A stretch of DNA of 64,000 nt. It comes from an uncultured Actinomycetes bacterium (GTDB taxonomy: Bacteria > Actinomycetota > Thermoleophilia > UBA2241). The notes below the pieces were generated by a model that was given only the letters and a program-made list of their open reading frames with translations, was not told the origin of the DNA and made no database searches. Made by a program: the position numbers and the translations under genes. Positions 9,740-21,579 of the stretch are shown here, in pieces (position 1 is the stretch's first letter; each line of letters opens with the position of its first letter). The stretch lies in the NCBI GenBank assembly GCA_963725665.1, contig CAVRZA010000004.1, positions 544,001 through 608,000 on the forward strand, written 5' to 3'.

Positions 9740-10729
9740 CTACGGTGTGAAGCGACGACCTCCGGCGAATTCGCTGCTGTAGGGCTGCGTCTGGAGCGAC
9801 GTCACCTGGACCGCGGTGCCAGTCCGCGGCGCGTGGATCATCTTGCCATCGCCCACGTACATGCCGACGTGGTGGATGACGCCTGAGGAGTTGCGGAAGA
9901 AGACCAGATCGCCGCGCCGCAGCGACGAGCGCGCGGCGATCTTGACGCCCTTGAGGAACTGCGCGTCGGCATCGCGCGGCAGTGTCTTGCCGAGGGCTTG
10001 ATACACCGAGTAGGTGAGGCCCGAGCAGTCGACGGCGAATCCCGACGTGCCTGCCCAGAGGTAGCCCAGGCCGAGGAACCGCTTCGCCTCCGTCACGAGC
10101 TTGTCGCCCGTCAGCCCCGGCCAAGGCGCGCCCACCTCGTGCAAGACGACCACCGAACGCCGCAAGAAGGTGTGACGGCCGCCCAGAAGAACGACCTCTA
10201 CGGCGGCGTCGGTCGACGACACGACGCGCAGCCGGGTGCCGTACGAGAGCAGCATCACCTTGCTCGTCCACGCCGGCGTGGTCCACAGCCACGTCGTGCG
10301 ACGCTTCACGATCGCAACAGACGAGGTGCTCTGCGGCGCGGCGTCGGTGAGCTGCGCGGTGGGGACCCATCCGGGGTAGCCCAGGGAGTTGCGCGGCGTC
10401 GGCTGGCTGGGCACGGCGATCTTCGACCAGCGCCCGGATGTGCCGAGCAGGTACACCCTCGTGCCGTAGAGCGCCTGCGTCTCGAGCTTGCCGACCAGCC
10501 AGCGCTTCTGTTGGATGCTCATGCCCGCGACCCACGCGCGCGGATGCGCCGGGTCGCCGAGTGACGGCGCATCGACGCCCCGGGCGATGCCGGGCTCCGT
10601 CCACAGGGTAGCGGCCGAGACGGAGATCCACCTGGAGGGCGGCGGTGAAGCCGCCGTCGGGCCGGCGAGCGCGGCGCACGCGACGAGCACGAGGGGGCTC
10701 AGCATCGCCAGTAACCGGGGCGTCATCAT
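9740..10729 (-). CDS. NlpC/P60 (C40) peptidase, YkfC-like
   Basis: Signal peptide; LETQALYG and YPGWVP N-terminal motifs; YLWAG..DCSGL..LPRDA..HHVGMY..MIHAP. Confidence 0.92.
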   Translation of the reverse strand: MMTPRLLAMLSPLVLVACAALAGPTAASPPPSRWISVSAATLWTEPGIARGVDAPSLGDPAHPRAWVAGMSIQQKRWLVGKLETQALYGTRVYLLGTSGRWSKIAVPSQPTPRNSLGYPGWVPTAQLTDAAPQSTSSVAIVKRRTTWLWTTPAWTSKVMLLSYGTRLRVVSSTDAAVEVVLLGGRHTFLRRSVVVLHEVGAPWPGLTGDKLVTEAKRFLGLGYLWAGTSGFAVDCSGLTYSVYQALGKTLPRDADAQFLKGVKIAARSSLRRGDLVFFRNSSGVIHHVGMYVGDGKMIHAPRTGTAVQVTSLQTQPYSSEFAGGRRFTP

Positions 10730-10733
10730 GGCG

Positions 10734-11957
10734 CTAGCCCGCCGCGCTCGCGAGTCGCCACTCGTCCGCGACGATGACCGGCACCTCGTCTCCGCCGGCC
10801 GTCACCCCCAGGACGCTCACCTCGGGTCCCCCGATCATGGCGTCCTGATGGATGCGCGAGCGGTTCACGCCGCGCGCCACGTCGTCCTCGGGCTTTGCGG
10901 CGGGACGCTCGTCCACCGAATCTCCCCAGGCGATGTGGCAGGCTGCGTTCTCGTCGAGTAGGGTGTCTTTGTAGGTGAGCCCGACGCGGCCGATGCGCGA
11001 CGAGCCGTCGACGAGGGCCACCTCCCCCAAGCGCGCCGCACCCTCGTCTTCGCCGAGCTGCACGCGTACCATCTCGGCGTTCGCCGCGGCGCGCACCTCG
11101 ACGATTCGTCCCTCCTCGAAACGCAGCTCGAGACCTTCCACGAGGGCGCCGTTGACCTCGATGGGGCGTGTGGCGGCGGCCGTGCCCGTCACACCCCTGA
11201 AGTCGGGCGCGGCGAAGACCTCTTCGGTGGGCAGGTTGCAGACGTAGGGTCGGCCCCACGTGGTGGTCTGCCACGCCGACTGCCAGGCACACTCTGGGTT
11301 GAGCGTGACGGTGAGGTCGGTCTTGCCGCCGACGAAGCGCAGGGCGCTGAAGGCGGCTTCGTTCAGCTCCGCCACACGCTGAGCCAGCCTCGTGTGTTGC
11401 TGCCCCCAGGCCGCGACAGGATCTGGCTCGTCGAGTCTCGCGATGTAGCTCAGGTCGCTCCAGAACCGTCCGACGTCGGGCTCCCCGTAGACGCGCTCGG
11501 CCCAGCCGGGGGTGGGGCAGGCGCACACGCACCAGTTGATGCCGGCGTTGACGAAGCGCAGGATCTGCTCCGATTGGGCCGCCCGTAACGAGCTGACGCG
11601 TCTCACGGGCGCCCCCGTGAAGGGATCGTCGCTCGAGTCGCCGTAGGTCCTCACACGCGCCCAGCGCTCCTCGATGGCCACGTCGATCATCTGCGAGAAC
11701 CAAGGCGCGAGCTGGCCGGCCAGCTCGTCGTCGGGGGCGTTGATGAGCTGAGCCCGGTCGACGCGGCCGTCGAAGTAGTGGACGTAAGCGATGGAGGCTC
11801 CGTGGACGTAGGCGCGCTCCGCCAAAGCGCCCAGCAGGTCCTGATGCTCGACGGCGCCCATGAGCAGGACCTTCTGTCCTTGCTCCACGTTGACCCCGCA
11901 GCGCAAAACGACGTCGGCGTACGCCTGAAGCAGCTCCGGATCGGTGACCGTTGTCAT
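10734..11957 (-). CDS. Aminopeptidase, M29 family (AmpS/AmpT-like)
   Basis: NLPTEEVF, LGEVALV, LDENAACHIA, SRIHQDAMIG. Confidence 0.9.
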   Translation of the reverse strand: MTTVTDPELLQAYADVVLRCGVNVEQGQKVLLMGAVEHQDLLGALAERAYVHGASIAYVHYFDGRVDRAQLINAPDDELAGQLAPWFSQMIDVAIEERWARVRTYGDSSDDPFTGAPVRRVSSLRAAQSEQILRFVNAGINWCVCACPTPGWAERVYGEPDVGRFWSDLSYIARLDEPDPVAAWGQQHTRLAQRVAELNEAAFSALRFVGGKTDLTVTLNPECAWQSAWQTTTWGRPYVCNLPTEEVFAAPDFRGVTGTAAATRPIEVNGALVEGLELRFEEGRIVEVRAAANAEMVRVQLGEDEGAARLGEVALVDGSSRIGRVGLTYKDTLLDENAACHIAWGDSVDERPAAKPEDDVARGVNRSRIHQDAMIGGPEVSVLGVTAGGDEVPVIVADEWRLASAAG

Positions 11958-12278
11958 CCGCTCCCACTCGCGCGATGGTGAGCTCCTATCTTATCGCCCC
12001 GCACGTCCCGTACCGGCCGGACGGGTCGGTGGACTACCGCACGGGCGGCGGCCCTGTGGCTCGGTCCGGCTTGCATCCGCCTCGCGTCGGCCTATCGTGG
12101 AGGTGCGAGGAGCGGAGCGTCGCGGCTCGGCTCGTTCCGTCGCGGCTCGGCCTGGGCGAAGCTTTCGACGCCCAAGGGTCGTCGAAAGACACGAAAGGCC
12201 GATAGCGGGAACACTCACGCGGGCGCCACCGGGTGCCTCGATGGGGCCTGCCGCTGCGAACTGTGAGGTCGAAAGCCG

Positions 12279-13886
12279 ATGAACGAGGACGACGAAGGAA
12301 CGGGCAGCGCCCGAGGCGCAGGCGCCGGGAGCGGGGGCGCGCTCGGGAGCCGGTCGCGACGAGCCCGTGGGCCGCGGCCGTGGCGCTTGATCGCGCTGGC
12401 GCTCGCCTGCGCTGCCGTCGCATCTGTGGTCACGCTCGTCGCGACCGGCTCGCAGCGCGCCCCCGCGGCGGCTCCCGAGACGGCGACGATGCTGACCGTC
12501 AGCGGGCGGGGGTGGGGCCACGGCATCGGTCTGAGCCAGTGGGGCGCCTTCGGGTACGCGACGAAGACGAAGCTGACCTACCGTCAGATCCTCAGCCACT
12601 ACTACAAGGGCATAGGCTTCGGCAGCAGCACGAACCGCATCGTGCGGGTTCTCCTCAACGACGCCCGGCCGAGGGTCTACATCTCCTCGAGCGCGACCTT
12701 CACGATCAGCGACGGCGTCAAGAAGAAGAGTATCCCTGGCGGCCGCAGGGCACGCATCGTGTGGGACGCCGCGCGCAGCGCGAGTCACGTCACCTGGGGC
12801 GTCAGCGGCGCCTACTTCACGGGTCGCCTGGTCGCGCACCCGGGGACCCGACCCCTGCTGCTCGTGGGCGCGAACCAGAACGGCAGCAGCGGCGTCCACT
12901 ACCGGGGCGCGCTCTGGGTCCACCACCTCGCCGCGGGCTACGCGATCGTCAACCATCTTTCGCTGGAGAGCTACCTCTACGGCGTCATGCCGCACGAGTC
13001 CCCGGCGTGGTGGCCGGCGCGGGCGCTCAAGGTGCAGGCCGTGGCGGCGCGCTCCTACGCCGTCGTCTCGCTCAAGACCGGGGGCCAGTTCGACGTCTAC
13101 TGCACGACGCGCAGCCAGGTTTACGACGGCATCGACGGCAGGGGCGGCGAGCAGGCGGCGACCACGTCGGCCGTCGACGCGACGCGAGGTGTCGTGGCCA
13201 CCTATGGCGGAAAGGTCATCACGGCGTTCTTCTTCTCCACCTCGGGTGGCCGCACGGAGAACATCGAGAACGTGTGGCCGGGCGCCAGCCCGGCGCCTTA
13301 CCTCAAGAGCGTCTCCGACCCGTATGAGACCCAGGATGCCGCTGGTCGCACCGGCTCCCCCTACCACGTCTGGCAGCAGCCGGTGCGTTTCAGCGAGGCG
13401 CAGCTAGACGCCGCGCTCGGGCTGAGCGGTCCGCTCACCGCCATCGCGGTGACCGAGCGCGGCGTCTCGCACCGTGTCGTGACGGCTCTCATCGTGCAGG
13501 GCGACAGCGGCCAGGCTATCAGCGGCGACACACTGCGCTCGAAGCTAGGCCTGCGTTCCACCTGGTTCGACCTGCGCACCGTCTCCATCACCCCGGCGGG
13601 GAACACGCCGCCGACGATCGCCCCTAGCGGCAGCGTGACGCTCTCGGGTTCCGTCTACCCCGCTCTCGCTGCCGGGGAGACAGCGATCCTTCACCACCGT
13701 GCCGAGGGGAAGACGGACTGGCTGACGACGAGCGTCGCGACGACGCCGGGCTCGACGACGGTCGATGGGGCGGCCATCGACTTCTCGACGTGGTCATTCG
13801 AGGCCTCGCCGTCTTCGACCACGACCTACTACCTCTCCGTGGGCTCGGCCGAGTCGCCACGGACGACCGTCACCGTCAGCCCGTAG
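12279..13886 (+). CDS. SpoIID/LytB domain protein
   Basis: GWGHGIGLSQWGA, LESYLYGVMPHE, ALKVQAVAARSYA, FFSTSGGRTE. Confidence 0.9.
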   Translation: MNEDDEGTGSARGAGAGSGGALGSRSRRARGPRPWRLIALALACAAVASVVTLVATGSQRAPAAAPETATMLTVSGRGWGHGIGLSQWGAFGYATKTKLTYRQILSHYYKGIGFGSSTNRIVRVLLNDARPRVYISSSATFTISDGVKKKSIPGGRRARIVWDAARSASHVTWGVSGAYFTGRLVAHPGTRPLLLVGANQNGSSGVHYRGALWVHHLAAGYAIVNHLSLESYLYGVMPHESPAWWPARALKVQAVAARSYAVVSLKTGGQFDVYCTTRSQVYDGIDGRGGEQAATTSAVDATRGVVATYGGKVITAFFFSTSGGRTENIENVWPGASPAPYLKSVSDPYETQDAAGRTGSPYHVWQQPVRFSEAQLDAALGLSGPLTAIAVTERGVSHRVVTALIVQGDSGQAISGDTLRSKLGLRSTWFDLRTVSITPAGNTPPTIAPSGSVTLSGSVYPALAAGETAILHHRAEGKTDWLTTSVATTPGSTTVDGAAIDFSTWSFEASPSSTTTYYLSVGSAESPRTTVTVSP

Positions 13887-13939
13887 GTCGCGTCGGGCTT
13901 CCTGCAGGCGCCCTGCCCGCGACGCGAGTGCTCAGGTGC

Positions 13940-15409
13940 TCAGAGTAGCGTCGAAACGGCGCGCTCGATGAGCCGGATCAGTGGCGTCGGATAGACACCG
14001 AAGACGACGATGAAGACCGTGAGCGCCCCGAGCACGATGCTCGCGCTCAAGGGGGCGGCGACCTCGGCCGGGGCGCTCGCCGCCCCGGCCGCCACGCCGC
14101 CCTCGGCTGGCTCGCGCCGCGCCACGTACATGGCGACCACGATCCTCGTGTAGTAGTAGAGGCCGACCGTGCTCGTCAGCACGAGGACGATGATGAGACC
14201 CCACAGGGCGGAGCCGCTACCCGCCGTGACCACGTAGAACTTGCCCAGGAAGCCGGCGGTGAGCGGTATCCCGGCGAGCGAGAAGAGCGCCACTGCCATG
14301 ATGCCGGCGAGCCAGGGATGACGGCCCGCGAGCCCGCGGTAGTCGTCCATGTCCTCGGCGTCACGCTCCCCGGTCGAGAGCGCTCCGACGACCCCGAACG
14401 CCGCCAGGTTGGTCGCGGTGTACGCGACGAGGTAGAAGGTGACCGCCGTCGCCGCGCGCTCGCCGGTGGCGAGGAAAGCCACCAGCAGGTAGCCGAGGTG
14501 GGCGATCGAGGAATAGGCGAGGATGCGCTTGACGTTGTCCTGCAGTAGCGCGAGCAGGTTGCCGGCGACCATGGAGGCGACGGCGATGCCGGCGAAGACG
14601 AGGAAGAGCGTCGAGCCCTGGTCGAGGCTGACGCCGCGGAAGTAGCGCAGGAGCAGCGCGAACACCGCCCCCTTCGAGACGGTGGCGATGTAGGCCGTCA
14701 CCGGCGCCGGCGCCCCCTGGTAGATGTCCGGCGTCCACATGTGGAAGGGCACGACGGCGAGCTTGAAGCCGACCCCCACGAGGATCAGCACGACACCGAG
14801 GGCCACAACGGCGTCGAGGCCGCCGAGGCCTCTGGTCACCAGTGCACCCACGCCTGCGGCCGTCATCGTCCCGCCGACCGCGTACACGAGGGCCATGCCG
14901 AACAGGAGGAACGCGGAGGTGACCCCGGCGAGAACGAGGTACTTGACGGCCGCCTCGACGAACTGTGTGCGCACGAGAGGGTAGACGATCAGCGCGTACA
15001 GCGACACGCTGAGGAGCTCCAGGCCGAGGAAGAACGAGGCGAAGTGCGTGCTCGCCACCATGGCGGCGCCGCCCAGCGTGGCCGTGAGCGAGAGGACGTA
15101 GTACTCCTCCGGCCGGATGTCGTGGCGGCGCAGATAGCTGTACGAGAGCAGCGCGACGGCGCCGGTGGCCACGCTCAGGAGGCCGATATAGAAGAGGGCG
15201 TAGGTGTCCATCGTGACGAGCGGCGTGACGGTGCGCGGCTCGCGGGCGGCGGCGACGAAGAGCAGGGCCACGGCGGCCGCCAGGCCGAGCAGCGTGAGCA
15301 CGAGCGCCAGGAGGTGGGAGCGCACGAAGGCCGCCGCCAGCATGACCACCACCGGCGCCACGATGAGCGCGATCAGGGGCGCGAGGGTGATGAGGTCGGA
15401 GGCGCTCAC
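13940..15409 (-). CDS. nuoN: NADH-quinone oxidoreductase subunit N
   Basis: EAAVKYL, FKLAVVPFHMWTPDIYQGAP, KRILAYSSIAH; GTG overlaps nuoM TGA. Confidence 0.95.
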   Translation of the reverse strand: MSASDLITLAPLIALIVAPVVVMLAAAFVRSHLLALVLTLLGLAAAVALLFVAAAREPRTVTPLVTMDTYALFYIGLLSVATGAVALLSYSYLRRHDIRPEEYYVLSLTATLGGAAMVASTHFASFFLGLELLSVSLYALIVYPLVRTQFVEAAVKYLVLAGVTSAFLLFGMALVYAVGGTMTAAGVGALVTRGLGGLDAVVALGVVLILVGVGFKLAVVPFHMWTPDIYQGAPAPVTAYIATVSKGAVFALLLRYFRGVSLDQGSTLFLVFAGIAVASMVAGNLLALLQDNVKRILAYSSIAHLGYLLVAFLATGERAATAVTFYLVAYTATNLAAFGVVGALSTGERDAEDMDDYRGLAGRHPWLAGIMAVALFSLAGIPLTAGFLGKFYVVTAGSGSALWGLIIVLVLTSTVGLYYYTRIVVAMYVARREPAEGGVAAGAASAPAEVAAPLSASIVLGALTVFIVVFGVYPTPLIRLIERAVSTLL

Positions 15410-17082
15410 GGCTGTTCCGTACCGGTCTGCGTGTCGGTCGGTCCTGTAGCCGAGGTCCGCGCTGAAGCCTGTGACCAGGTCGCCGCCGCCTGCGCGTCCG
15501 GCGGCAGCAGCCCGGTCTCCCATTCCCTCATGGTCGGCAGCACCTTGTCGTTGACCATCGAGGTGATGTCGGCCTGCGACTGCGCGGCGTAGATGGGCAC
15601 GTTGGCAGCGTTGATGACCGGCTGTGGGTAGAAGCCGAGGAACACGAGGGCTGCGATGAGCGAGGCGAACATGCCGATCTCGCGCGGCCGCAGGTCCGCG
15701 AAGCGCCAACCGTGCGTTTCCTTCCCCTGGAAGGCGCGCTGCACCATCCAGAGCGCGTACACGGTGGCGAACACGAGCCCGATCGCACCCAGTACGGCCG
15801 CCCACTTCGAGACCTGCCAGGTGCCGGTGAGGATCAGGAACTCGGCGATGAAGTTGCCCAGGCCTGGGAGGCCCAGGGAGGCGAGGGCGAAGAAGAGGCC
15901 GGTGCCGCCCATTCTGGGGACGACGCTCCAGAGCCCGCCCATGCGCTCCATATCGCGTGTATGCATGCGCTCCATCATCGAGCCGACGAGGAGGAAGAGG
16001 GCGCCTGTGGAGAAGGCGTGGCAGACGATCTCCAGCACTACGCCTGCCAGGGCCAGCGGCGTCCAGGCGAAGATGCCCAGCAATACGAAGCCCATGTGGC
16101 TGACGCTCGTGTAGGCCACCAGGCGCTTGAGGTCGGTCTGCGCGTAGGCCAGCACGGCGCCGTAGATGATGCCGATCACCGCCAGGATCATGCCCCAGGT
16201 GCGAAAGTCGTGCAGCGCCGCCCAGGGGAAGAGGGGCACCATGAAGCGCAGCATGCCGTAGGCGCCGACTTTGATGAGCACGCCGGCCAAGATGACCGAG
16301 CCGGCCGTGGGCGCCTCCGTGTGCGCGTCGGGCAGCCAGCTGTGCACGGGGAACGCCGGCAGCTTCACGGCGAAGGCGGCGAAGAAGCCGAGCATGAGCC
16401 AGAACGCGGTGCCGGTCGCCATCTTCGTCCCCACGAGCTGGGTGAAGTCGAACGTGTAGATGCCCGTCGAGCGACCGTGGATGAAGTACAGGGCCAGGAT
16501 GGCGACGAGCATCAGGAGACCGCTCACCTGGGTGAAGATGAAGAACTTGATCGCCGAGTAGATGCGCCGCTCGTAGCCCCAGACGGCGATGATGAAGTAC
16601 ATGGGGACGAGCATCATCTCGAAGAAGAAGTAGAAGAGGAAGAGGTCGAGGGCCATGAAGACGCCGGCCAACGCAGCCGTCGTCCAGAGCAGCATGAAGT
16701 GGAAGAAGCCGGCGCGCTCGGTGATCCCCCGCCATGAGGAGAGAACGGCCAGCAGACCGAGGCCGAACGTGAGAACGAGCAGGATGAGCGTGAGCCCGTC
16801 GGCGGCGAGCAGGAAGCTGATGCCGAGCTGGGGTATCCAGTCCAGGCGCACGTGAGTGATCCATGACGCCTGCGAGGTCTCCACCGCGGTCTGCGCCGTC
16901 GCTAACGCGGACCAGTCCGAGATCGAGGCGCGCTGGACGATCCACTGGGCGACGACGAGCGCCAGCGGCGCCGCCGTCGCGACCACGGCCGTCCAGCGCG
17001 CCAGCGACGGTCGCGCCCGCCCTAGCAGCCAAGCGACCGGCGCGGCCGCGGCGGGGATGAGGATGTAGGCGAGCAGGATCAC
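15406..17082 (-). CDS. nuoM: NADH-quinone oxidoreductase subunit M
   Basis: FFEMMLVPMY, WLPDAHTEAPTAGS, KRLVAYTSVSHMG. Confidence 0.95.
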   Translation of the reverse strand: MILLAYILIPAAAAPVAWLLGRARPSLARWTAVVATAAPLALVVAQWIVQRASISDWSALATAQTAVETSQASWITHVRLDWIPQLGISFLLAADGLTLILLVLTFGLGLLAVLSSWRGITERAGFFHFMLLWTTAALAGVFMALDLFLFYFFFEMMLVPMYFIIAVWGYERRIYSAIKFFIFTQVSGLLMLVAILALYFIHGRSTGIYTFDFTQLVGTKMATGTAFWLMLGFFAAFAVKLPAFPVHSWLPDAHTEAPTAGSVILAGVLIKVGAYGMLRFMVPLFPWAALHDFRTWGMILAVIGIIYGAVLAYAQTDLKRLVAYTSVSHMGFVLLGIFAWTPLALAGVVLEIVCHAFSTGALFLLVGSMMERMHTRDMERMGGLWSVVPRMGGTGLFFALASLGLPGLGNFIAEFLILTGTWQVSKWAAVLGAIGLVFATVYALWMVQRAFQGKETHGWRFADLRPREIGMFASLIAALVFLGFYPQPVINAANVPIYAAQSQADITSMVNDKVLPTMREWETGLLPPDAQAAATWSQASARTSATGPTDTQTGTEQP

Positions 17083-17086
17083 GCCG

Positions 17087-18979
<1,893 letters not shown>

Positions 18980-18981
18980 CG

Positions 18982-19290
18982 CTAGCCCTTCATCTCGTCG
19001 GCGGCGTCGACGTCGAGACGCCCGAAGAGCTGTCTGAAGCGGATCGCCAGCGCGAGGCCGACGGCCACCTCGGCGGCGGCCATGGCGAGGATGAACAGGA
19101 ACATGACCTGGCCGTCCGCCTTGCCCCAGCGAGCGCCGGCCACGACGAAGGCCAACCCCGCCGCGTTGAGCATGATCTCGATCGAGGCGAGCACGATGAT
19201 CAGGTTACGGCGCACGAGCACGCCGATGAGCCCGAGAAGAAAGAGGATGGCGGCTAGGACGAGCCCGACGTCGAGCGGCACGTGCGCCAT
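18982..19290 (-). CDS. nuoK: NADH-quinone oxidoreductase subunit K
   Basis: RRNLI..SIEIMLNA, AAAEVAVGLAL. Confidence 0.95.
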   Translation of the reverse strand: MAHVPLDVGLVLAAILFLLGLIGVLVRRNLIIVLASIEIMLNAAGLAFVVAGARWGKADGQVMFLFILAMAAAEVAVGLALAIRFRQLFGRLDVDAADEMKG

Positions 19291-19901
19291 CAGGCACCAC
19301 CTCCGGCGACCAGCGCTTCGCGCTCGTCCGGCGAGGGCGTCCCGCCGTCTGCCGGCTCCGCCCCGTCGTCGCCCGGTCCGACCCGTTCGTCTGCGTCCAC
19401 GCCCGACTCCCAGCCGGGCAGCTTCTCGCCGCGCCGTCCACCGATGTGGCGCGCGCCGATGAGCGCCGCGAGGAGGAGCATCGAGGCGAGCTCGACACCG
19501 AGTACGTAGGGACCGAAGAGCGACTGGCTCACGGCCTGTGGCCCGACGACGCCGGTGTGCAGCGTGTGGTCGGCCGCCCCCACGCCGTAGATGACTTCGA
19601 CGAGGAGCACTGCGGCCAGGATGCCCGGCCCGGCCCAATAGCGCGCCGGCACGCGCAGCGCGTCGTCGGCGCGCAGGTTGAGGAGCATGACGGCGAAGAG
19701 GAAGAGCATCATGATGGCGCCGGCGTAGACGATCACCTCGAGTGCGGCCACGAAAGGCGCTCCGAGCGTGTAGAAGATGACCGCCACGGCGAACAGCGAC
19801 ACGACGAGGTACAGCAGGGCGTGCACGAGGTTGTGGCGCGTGATCACGAGGATCGTCGCGATCACGGCGACCACGGCCGCGATGTAGAAGAGCCATGTCA
19901 T
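19290..19901 (-). CDS. nuoJ: NADH-quinone oxidoreductase subunit J
   Basis: VHALLYL, LEVIVYAGAIMMLFLF, ELASMLLL. Confidence 0.93.
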   Translation of the reverse strand: MTWLFYIAAVVAVIATILVITRHNLVHALLYLVVSLFAVAVIFYTLGAPFVAALEVIVYAGAIMMLFLFAVMLLNLRADDALRVPARYWAGPGILAAVLLVEVIYGVGAADHTLHTGVVGPQAVSQSLFGPYVLGVELASMLLLAALIGARHIGGRRGEKLPGWESGVDADERVGPGDDGAEPADGGTPSPDEREALVAGGGA

Positions 19902-19953
19902 CGCCGGCGCACCGTGCCTGCCCGGGTGTCTGTCTGGGTGGTCATCCTCGTCC

Positions 19954-20616
19954 TTACGGCAGGAGGTCGTGGACGTCGGTAGGCGGGGCCTCGCGCTCGG
20001 CCTCACCCTTGCCCTTGCCGCCGATGGCCACCCCCGCCACGCGGTAGAAGTCGTGCTCGTGGTACTTGCCTGTGCCCGAGATCAACAGGTCCTCCTTCTC
20101 GTAGACCATGTTGGCGCGCTCGTACTCGCACATCTCCACATCGGGCGTGAGCTGGATGGCGTAGGTGGGGCAGGCCTCCTCGCAGAGGCCGCAGTAGATG
20201 CAGCGCGAGAAGTTGATGCGGAACCACTCGGGGTAGCGGCGGCCTGTCTCGTCCTGCGTCGCCTGCAGGGCGATGCAGTCGACCGGACAGGCCGCCGAGC
20301 AGAGGTAGCAGGCGACGCAGCGCTCGCCGCCCTCGGGGTCGCGCGCGAGGATGATGCGCCCCCGGTAGCGGGGTGCGAAGTAGGCGATCTCGTCGGGGTA
20401 CTGGATGGTGTCGCGGTGCCTCCAAAGGTGGGAGAAGACGACGCCGATGGCGACCATGGGGCTCCAAACGGCGTGCCAGACACGGGTGAAGAAGCCTACC
20501 CGACGGAGGCCGTACCGGCGTTCGACGGGGAGCAGGAAGCCGGCGTCTCCGACGTTCATCTCCTTGGCTCTCTCCTCGGAGATGGGCTCGCTCCTCTCAT
20601 CGATGCCGTCGGCCAC
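19954..20616 (-). CDS. nuoI: NADH-quinone oxidoreductase subunit I
   Basis: [12 protein letters not shown] and [12 protein letters not shown] (two 4Fe-4S); start uncertain. Confidence 0.95.
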   Translation of the reverse strand: MADGIDERSEPISEERAKEMNVGDAGFLLPVERRYGLRRVGFFTRVWHAVWSPMVAIGVVFSHLWRHRDTIQYPDEIAYFAPRYRGRIILARDPEGGERCVACYLCSAACPVDCIALQATQDETGRRYPEWFRINFSRCIYCGLCEEACPTYAIQLTPDVEMCEYERANMVYEKEDLLISGTGKYHEHDFYRVAGVAIGGKGKGEAEREAPPTDVHDLLP

Positions 20617-20625
20617 GAATCCCTC

Positions 20626-21579
20626 CTAGCTCCTGGCCACCACGATGGCGCCCGTCACGAGCAGGTTCACCAGCGTCAGCGGCAGCATGAACTTCCAGCC
20701 CATCTCCATGAGCTGGTCGTAGCGCGGCCGCGGGAAGGTCGCCCGCATGAGGATGAAGAAGGCGATGAAGAGGAAGAGCTTGATGGAGAACCAGACGATG
20801 CCCGGGAGCCAGGGGCCGAGCCAGCCGCCCAGGAAGAGCGTCGCGATGAGCCCCGACACGAGTGTGATGCCGAGGTACTCGCCGACGAAGAACATGCCGA
20901 ACTTCATGCCCGAGTACTCCGTATGGAAGCCGGCCACGAGCTCGCTCTCGGCCTCGACGAGGTCGAAGGGCAGCCGTCGGGTCTCGGCGAGGCCGGCGAC
21001 GACGAAGACGACGAAGCCGGCGAACTGGGGCACGATGTACCAGAGGTGGCGCTGGGCCTCCACGATGTCGACGAGGCTGAGCGAGCCGGCCATGACGAGG
21101 ACCCCCCCCAGCGAGAGCGCCATGAAGACCTCATAGCTCACCATCTGCGCCGCCGCGCGCAGGCCGCCCACCAGGGAGTACTTGCTGCGCGACGACCAGC
21201 CGGCCAGGACCACGCTGTAGACGGCCAGCGACGACATGCCGAGGAAGAAGAGAAGGCCGATATCGAGGTCGGCGACGACGATGCTGTGCGTGACCGGGAG
21301 GACGATGAACGAGAGCAGGACGGTGACGAGCACGATGGCCGGCGCGAGGACGAAGACGGGCTTGTCGGCGAAGGGGGGTATCCAGTCCTCCTTGGTGAGG
21401 ATCTTGACTGTGTCGGCGAGGACCTGCAGCAGTCCCGCCGGCCCGACGCGGTTGGGGCCGTAGCGGTCCTGCCAGACACCCAGCAGGCGCCGCTCCACCC
21501 AGATCAGCCCGGCGGCGATAGAGAGCGCGACGATCAGCACCCCGAAGACGATCAGGAGCTGCCAGAACCACTCAGGCAC
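20626..21579 (-). CDS. nuoH: NADH-quinone oxidoreductase subunit H
   Basis: QDRYGPNRVG, RAAAQMVSYE, PFDLVEAESELVAGFHTEYSG. Confidence 0.96.
   Translation of the reverse strand: MPEWFWQLLIVFGVLIVALSIAAGLIWVERRLLGVWQDRYGPNRVGPAGLLQVLADTVKILTKEDWIPPFADKPVFVLAPAIVLVTVLLSFIVLPVTHSIVVADLDIGLLFFLGMSSLAVYSVVLAGWSSRSKYSLVGGLRAAAQMVSYEVFMALSLGGVLVMAGSLSLVDIVEAQRHLWYIVPQFAGFVVFVVAGLAETRRLPFDLVEAESELVAGFHTEYSGMKFGMFFVGEYLGITLVSGLIATLFLGGWLGPWLPGIVWFSIKLFLFIAFFILMRATFPRPRYDQLMEMGWKFMLPLTLVNLLVTGAIVVARS

Noticed and set aside
9340-9740. Integrated element at tRNA-Leu
   Set aside because: No integrase, no duplicated tRNA 3' end noticed, and no composition shift.
11960-12270. Short ORF resembling a DapA N-terminus (PYRPDGSVDY) and a 14-bp direct repeat
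   Set aside because: The similarity is too short and does not continue. Probably just the divergent promoter region.
13940-17032. 1030-aa ORF and other long Arg/Ala/Pro-rich overlapping ORFs (e.g. 19969-21741, 48512-49735, 56632-57357)
   Set aside because: Shadow frames typical of high-GC DNA; only the motif-bearing parts were kept.
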